Assembly: GCA_963819815.1 (NCBI GenBank)
Contig: CAWFXL010000001.1
Location: 448,001-512,000 of the forward strand
DNA: 64,000 bases
From: an uncultured bacterium
GTDB lineage: Bacteria > Babelota > Babeliae > Babelales > Babelaceae
Direction: 5' to 3'
Made by a program: the position numbers and the translations under genes. The notes below the pieces were generated by a model. It was not told where the DNA came from. It did no database searches and was given only the letters and a program-made list of their open reading frames with translations. Shown one piece after another: positions 59,279 through 64,000 of the stretch; the first letter of the stretch is position 1; the number at the start of each line of letters is the position of its first letter.

Positions 59279-59309
59279 GGTGCAAGGTGACTATCTGTCA
59301 CTTTGCACC
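59279..59309. repeat. 13-bp inverted repeat upstream of 59214
   Basis: GGTGCAAGGTGAC-tatct-GTCACTTTGCACC, one mismatch. Confidence 0.7.
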
Positions 59310-59631
59310 CAAATCTTACAGGCAACCATTCTACCATTTTATGATCATCTTTTCTTCTGCATAGGAACAAAGCTACTTTGCTGCATATGAGATCAATAAG
59401 ATAGGTTCTAGATTAAAAAAATTATAATGCAATTAACTCGATTAAGACGAGCTTCTCAACCGGTTTCCATTGCAAAGCAGCACAATTACCGCCAATCAGC
59501 AGATTTCATGCTCGCCTTACCTACAGTGTCTCTCTATAGGCAAGTATACTTATTCTACAGGATTGAAAAAAAATGTCAAATAAGATTTTATCCTTCTCCC
59601 AGTCGAGATTCTTATAATCGGGTAGGAGGAG

Positions 59632-59820
59632 CGATTTGACAGAAACACGCATGGTAAAGCTATTCACATTGAAGACTTTGCACAAGTTTTGCAATGTATC
59701 CTGAAAAAAAATATAGTGCTGCAAGCTCTACAAATATCGCTCAAGTAATTGGAAGTGAGATTGACTTGGAGGGATTAATCGAATTCATTCGACGCTTGAT
59801 TTTTAATATTTTAATAGAGG
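59632..59820 (+). pseudogene. hipA: Internal fragment of a HipA-family kinase toxin, frameshifted
   Basis: RFDRNTHGKAIHIEDFAQVL, frameshift, MYPEKKYSAASSTNIAQVI..EFIRRLIFNILI; matches HipA RFDR/HxEDFAQ/KY/RRLxFNxLIGN and breaks off before the catalytic D-x-H-x-K-N. Confidence 0.85.
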
Positions 59821-59909
59821 CTCGTCGCTTCAATTTTGAAAACAGCATATATATTATTCAAAATGCCTCCTCATCATAGGCGGATACATGCAGGACGGCC
59901 AAACAAAAA

Positions 59910-62900
59910 TCAATAAGGAGGAGGTCCACCAACGCCGCCAAAGGAAACATTGATATTATGCACCCGCGCAGATTTAGCTACCAATACGCCAATAAGAGGT
60001 CTTATAGATGGATCTAAATATGCTACAAAGGTCTTTTCGTTCTTATCTTGTATCCTTGTGTCAGCTCCATTTTCTATAAGGAATGCAACTAGAGGTAATA
60101 GCCCATTCTGCGCTGCCAAAATCAAAGCGGTTTGGCCTGCATTATTTTGAATATTAAGGCTTGCCCCTTGAGAAACAATCGATCGAACAAGTTCATCATT
60201 TCTATTTTCAATAGCTTTCATAAGAACTGTTTTGCCTTCATTATCTAGGGCATTTATATCAGCTCCCATTTCAAGAAACTGCTTTATAATCGCTGTACCC
60301 TGCAATAGTGTACAATGAAGAACCGTCAACCCATTAATACGTTTATGCACATCTACGAAATCAGCTAGCTCAGGCTGACGCGGGATTATTATATTTCTGG
60401 CCACATGTTCTTGTTGATTATTAACTGGCACGTTGGATCTATCTTCTATTGAGGTAGCTTTTTGCGATGCCTGCTTTGTAGAGGAGTTATTCGAACTGTC
60501 AAGAACTGTTTGTTCATGCCTTTTCTCAGCATCTTCTAATATTTGTATAATCGCTGGTTTATTAAGGCTTCGCGCCACATCCAATGGTGTCTCTTGCTTG
60601 TTATTTTTTATAGTGAGCAAGCGTGGATAGGTATGAGCAAGCCATTGAACAATTTCAAGCTTATTCGCAATTACTGCATTATAAAGACAGGTAAGACCAT
60701 CCTCGCTTTGTAATAAAACGGGGCATGATTGTGCTATGTGTTGAACTACCTCGAGGCTGCGCGCCGAAGCGACATGGAGTATGGAATGTTTTTTAATCGC
60801 CAGTAATGGTATAAGATCGGGAAAGCAGCGCATCAGCCATTTTACCATTTCAAGATTATCGCTACATATTGCGTTCATAAGTACAGACATATCCTTATTG
60901 CCTAATTTATTCGCAAGTTCTGGATGTTTTTGTAATACATATTTCACAATTTCAAAATGTCCTTTAAAGGCAGCAAGATGAAGTGCCGTGCTCCTACTTT
61001 TATCCGTCTTCATCAAAAGATCTGGAAACCGGAAGATTAACCATTTTACCAGTTCGATATGACCAAGTTGCGCGGCAACATGCGCTATTGTATAGCCCCG
61101 ATCATCAGTCATATCAACCAAATCAGGATATATTTCAAGCAACCATTGCACCATCCCTAAATGATTGTGCCGTGCAGCCACATGAGCTATGGTAGCACCC
61201 TTATCAGAGCGCCATTTTAATGATGCTCCTTGCATTAAAAGATCTATCAATTGTAGCCTATCACCTTTCTGCGCTACTGCAAAAAGATCACTTTTTAGCC
61301 GTTTTTCTTGACGCGAACTTTGATCACTTTCTTCCTGTGGCTGAACCGCCAATTGACTTTGCTCAGGCACCGAACTTTTTTGAGCTAGCGGCATGAGGGG
61401 TACTTCTATTAAACCGTCCTCTTGCACATTGGTATTCTGCCCCATAGGTAATGGCGGTCTCTGTACAGGCGAATGAGAAAGGTGAGCTGAATGTTGTATC
61501 TGTAGTTCGTGCTGGTTTCCCTCACCTATAGCTCGTGTCCTCGCAGGAGCTGATGTTTTTTGTGGTGCGCTTGTTTGAGATGATTGCCTCTTAAGAGGTG
61601 TAGGCGATGCGTCACTTTCTGAAGTATCATCTATGTACCGGTTTTTCACTAGTTCCCGCATTAACGTAGCCACTTCAGGATCAGCACAATCAAAAACTGT
61701 TTCGCCATGAACATTCACAGGGGAGGTATCAGCGCCCCTTTTTATAAGTTCAGAGACAATTAACATTTTACCTTTTTTTGCCCATCGCGCTGCTATATGT
61801 AAAGGCGTATTGCCGAGCTTATTTATCACATTAATAGGAGCCCCTTGATCCAATAAAGCAATCACTTTCAATGTACTCTTGCGAGAGATCTCATGAAACA
61901 ATCTTTCTTCGAGCGTACCATCGTTATCACCTTCTTTCTCATTATCGATAAAGGAACTGTCTGCAATGCTCTGTTCGCGTTCATCTTCTTCATCATCTAG
62001 TCGAGACCTTTTTTCAGGAGCAGATCGAAATGAACTCCTTCTTTTTTTAGCTGGCAGTCTAGTTTGATTTTTATCAGTACCATTATCTGCTATCTGCCCG
62101 GAATCTTTCTTTTTTGAGTGAGGAGCTACATGAGCAGCATCGCATACTAATTCTTTTTTACTATTCTGACTAACTTTAGCTGATGTTCTTTGTGGTGCAC
62201 TTGTTTGAGACGATTGCCTCGTAAGAAGTCTTGACGATGCCGCACCTTTTTTCGTATCATCTGAGTCCCGGTTTTTTACCAGTTCATGCATTAACGTAGC
62301 CACTTCAGAATCAGCGCAGTCAAAAACTGTTTCGCCATAATCATTCACAGGGGAGGTATCAGCACCCCTTTTTATAAGTTCAGACACAAGTACCATTCTA
62401 CCTTTTGTTGCCCATCGCGCTGCTAGATGTAAAGGGGTGTGGCCCAGTTTATTTATCGCGTTAACAGGAGCTCCTTCATCCAATAACGCAATCGTTTTCG
62501 GTGTATTCTTACGAGAAATCTCCCGGAACAATCTTTCTTCGAGCGTACCATCGTTATTAGCTTCTTTATTGATGAATGAACCACCTCTCGTGCTTTGTTG
62601 GCTTTCATCTTCTTCACCCTTTATTCGAGACCCTTTTTCAGGAGCAGATCGAAATGAGCTCTTTCTTTTTTTAACTGAAGGTGTAGTTTGATTTTTATCA
62701 ACTTCGTTAGTTGGAAGCTGCTGCATAGCAGCTATATTATTTTGCGTGGAAACATTGGCGTCCCGTTTTTTTTCCAGTTTATGTACTAAGCTAGACATTT
62801 CAGGATCCGCATTCACAAAAATCGTTTCGTTCTTATTATTCAACGCATAAATATCAGCGCCCCTCTTTATAAGTTCTCCTACGAGCCATTTTGTTTTTAT

Positions 62901-63356
62901 CGTGGCTTTTTGCACGGCCAAATGCAATGGGGTATTTCCTGAACGATTTTTAGCATTCACAGAGACTCCTTGATCAAGAAAATCGGGCACATCCAATGTA
63001 TCGCCTCGATAAATCGCTTGAAACATTTTCCCTGGGTGCGTGGTATCATCATTCGTTATACCCTCATGTGGCAACTCATACGATGAAGAACTGTCTCCAG
63101 AGCTCTGCTCGCTTTCATCTGCTTCGTCATCTATTCGAGCAGGAGCGGATCGAAATGAACTATTTCTTTTTCTAGCTGGCTGCGCAGCCCTATAGTGATC
63201 AGTAGCATTTTCCGCTACATCTTCCTTTCTTACGCGAGTATCTGCCTGCGCAGCATCGCCTATTAATTTTTTATCAGCACTTTGCTTAACTTTTACCATA
63301 GCATTCATGCCTTGAAAAAAGAAGAGTGAAGTCAGAAGCAATAAAACTTTGTTCAT
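59910..63356 (-). CDS. Large secreted modular ankyrin protein with repeated NLS-like motifs
   Basis: Signal ending MNA-M; three short ankyrin modules, each preceded by (K/R)KRxSSFRSAP; xYPxL block; shared C-terminal block. Confidence 0.92.
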   Translation of the reverse strand: MNKVLLLLTSLFFFQGMNAMVKVKQSADKKLIGDAAQADTRVRKEDVAENATDHYRAAQPARKRNSSFRSAPARIDDEADESEQSSGDSSSSYELPHEGITNDDTTHPGKMFQAIYRGDTLDVPDFLDQGVSVNAKNRSGNTPLHLAVQKATIKTKWLVGELIKRGADIYALNNKNETIFVNADPEMSSLVHKLEKKRDANVSTQNNIAAMQQLPTNEVDKNQTTPSVKKRKSSFRSAPEKGSRIKGEEDESQQSTRGGSFINKEANNDGTLEERLFREISRKNTPKTIALLDEGAPVNAINKLGHTPLHLAARWATKGRMVLVSELIKRGADTSPVNDYGETVFDCADSEVATLMHELVKNRDSDDTKKGAASSRLLTRQSSQTSAPQRTSAKVSQNSKKELVCDAAHVAPHSKKKDSGQIADNGTDKNQTRLPAKKRRSSFRSAPEKRSRLDDEEDEREQSIADSSFIDNEKEGDNDGTLEERLFHEISRKSTLKVIALLDQGAPINVINKLGNTPLHIAARWAKKGKMLIVSELIKRGADTSPVNVHGETVFDCADPEVATLMRELVKNRYIDDTSESDASPTPLKRQSSQTSAPQKTSAPARTRAIGEGNQHELQIQHSAHLSHSPVQRPPLPMGQNTNVQEDGLIEVPLMPLAQKSSVPEQSQLAVQPQEESDQSSRQEKRLKSDLFAVAQKGDRLQLIDLLMQGASLKWRSDKGATIAHVAARHNHLGMVQWLLEIYPDLVDMTDDRGYTIAHVAAQLGHIELVKWLIFRFPDLLMKTDKSRSTALHLAAFKGHFEIVKYVLQKHPELANKLGNKDMSVLMNAICSDNLEMVKWLMRCFPDLIPLLAIKKHSILHVASARSLEVVQHIAQSCPVLLQSEDGLTCLYNAVIANKLEIVQWLAHTYPRLLTIKNNKQETPLDVARSLNKPAIIQILEDAEKRHEQTVLDSSNNSSTKQASQKATSIEDRSNVPVNNQQEHVARNIIIPRQPELADFVDVHKRINGLTVLHCTLLQGTAIIKQFLEMGADINALDNEGKTVLMKAIENRNDELVRSIVSQGASLNIQNNAGQTALILAAQNGLLPLVAFLIENGADTRIQDKNEKTFVAYLDPSIRPLIGVLVAKSARVHNINVSFGGVGGPPPY
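61548..62700 (-). repeat. Intragenic duplication with about 630 bp period
   Basis: ATCTTTCTTCGAGCGTACCATCGTTA at 61901 and 62531; NDGTLEERLF...RQSSQTSAPQ occurs twice. Confidence 0.85.
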
Positions 63357-63617
63357 GATAACCTTCCTTAATCATTTCATTCGTTTATCTTATTTTAATA
63401 TTCTCTACTTTCTATGAATGTTGAGCTAAAAGCTCCACTATCAATCCCTGAAGGGCTGGATGCGATGGCAATGAAGACATTCAATGAATGTCCTCATCAT
63501 AAACTCCTCAACAATCTTAAGTTTTTATACATAAAACAAGATTGCGTGTTTCTATTATAATTTATTATGTCTTATGGTCAAATGCATTGGCAGAGCCAAC
63601 TCAGCAGCAAGCTTACA

Positions 63618-64000
63618 TTAGCCACTATGTTGACCTCGATAAAGTAAGGGCAATTGTACCAAGGACTCAAGAAAGGGCTTAGGTGCCTGCGTCTTAATGA
63701 TATACAGAGCTCCAATAGTAAGTACACAGAGGCTTGGTAGGACTACCCATCGAAAAGTAAATAAGCCCCTTTCCTTTAATGCCGTTGAAACCGCTCGTGA
63801 GGGTTCATCGCTTGTTAGAGAACCAGGAAGCTTGAGAGCTATCTCAACATAATCAGCGATGTCATGATGCCCAAGTCTACGAGCGCATGACAAGACAGTT
63901 TCAGCTTCAATGGTTGATTCTTGAACTGCTAGATAGGTACTATACGAGGAGTTGTTCCTTATTAATGCAAATGCCAGATCAGGACGATTATAGCGAAGTG
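63618..64000 (-). CDS. 3' part of a probable ankyrin protein with C-terminal transmembrane helix (starts outside the window)
   Basis: Frame open to the window edge: LRYNRPDLAFALIRN..ETVLSCARRLGHHDIADYV; hydrophobic WVVLPSLCVLTIGALYII. Confidence 0.7.
   Translation of the reverse strand, partial: LRYNRPDLAFALIRNNSSYSTYLAVQESTIEAETVLSCARRLGHHDIADYVEIALKLPGSLTSDEPSRAVSTALKERGLFTFRWVVLPSLCVLTIGALYIIKTQAPKPFLESLVQLPLLYRGQHSG

Noticed and set aside
114..62691. Dozens of short ORFs (60-130 aa) overlapping the long genes
   Set aside because: They are antisense or off-frame shadows of well-supported genes, with no recognisable motifs.

Overview
This window holds no housekeeping, rRNA, tRNA or CRISPR genes. 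It is a dense, mostly minus-strand array of about 30 genes. Nearly all encode an N-terminal Sec-type signal peptide followed by eukaryote-like interaction domains: ankyrin repeats, WD40, Skp1/BTB-like, Sel1-like, MYND zinc fingers and coiled coils. Several also carry NLS-like motifs and one has a CaaX box. Shine-Dalgarno sites and sigma70-type promoters indicate a bacterium. The content is typical of an intracellular parasite of protists, most like Ca. Babeliota (Dependentiae/TM6); this taxonomic call is inference only. Intergenic spaces contain decayed remnants: two copies of a TnpB 3' end/IS200-IS605 right end (omega-RNA region), an IS110 transposase fragment, a HipA fragment, a RelE/HigB-type toxin-antitoxin remnant, and MYND and ankyrin fragments. 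The most interesting signals are: (i) two orphan 152-nt TnpB omega-RNA-like loci with pairing-preserving differences and different guide flanks; (ii) a tandem WD40 pair with near-constant flanks and hypervariable repeat positions, bounded by promoter-bearing direct repeats; (iii) a shared, unrecognised C-terminal domain on four ankyrin proteins plus a stand-alone copy; (iv) a strong bias for Met/Ser right after the predicted signal cleavage site; and (v) a secreted coiled-coil protein ending in CLLL. All domain calls are by eye; no searches were run.
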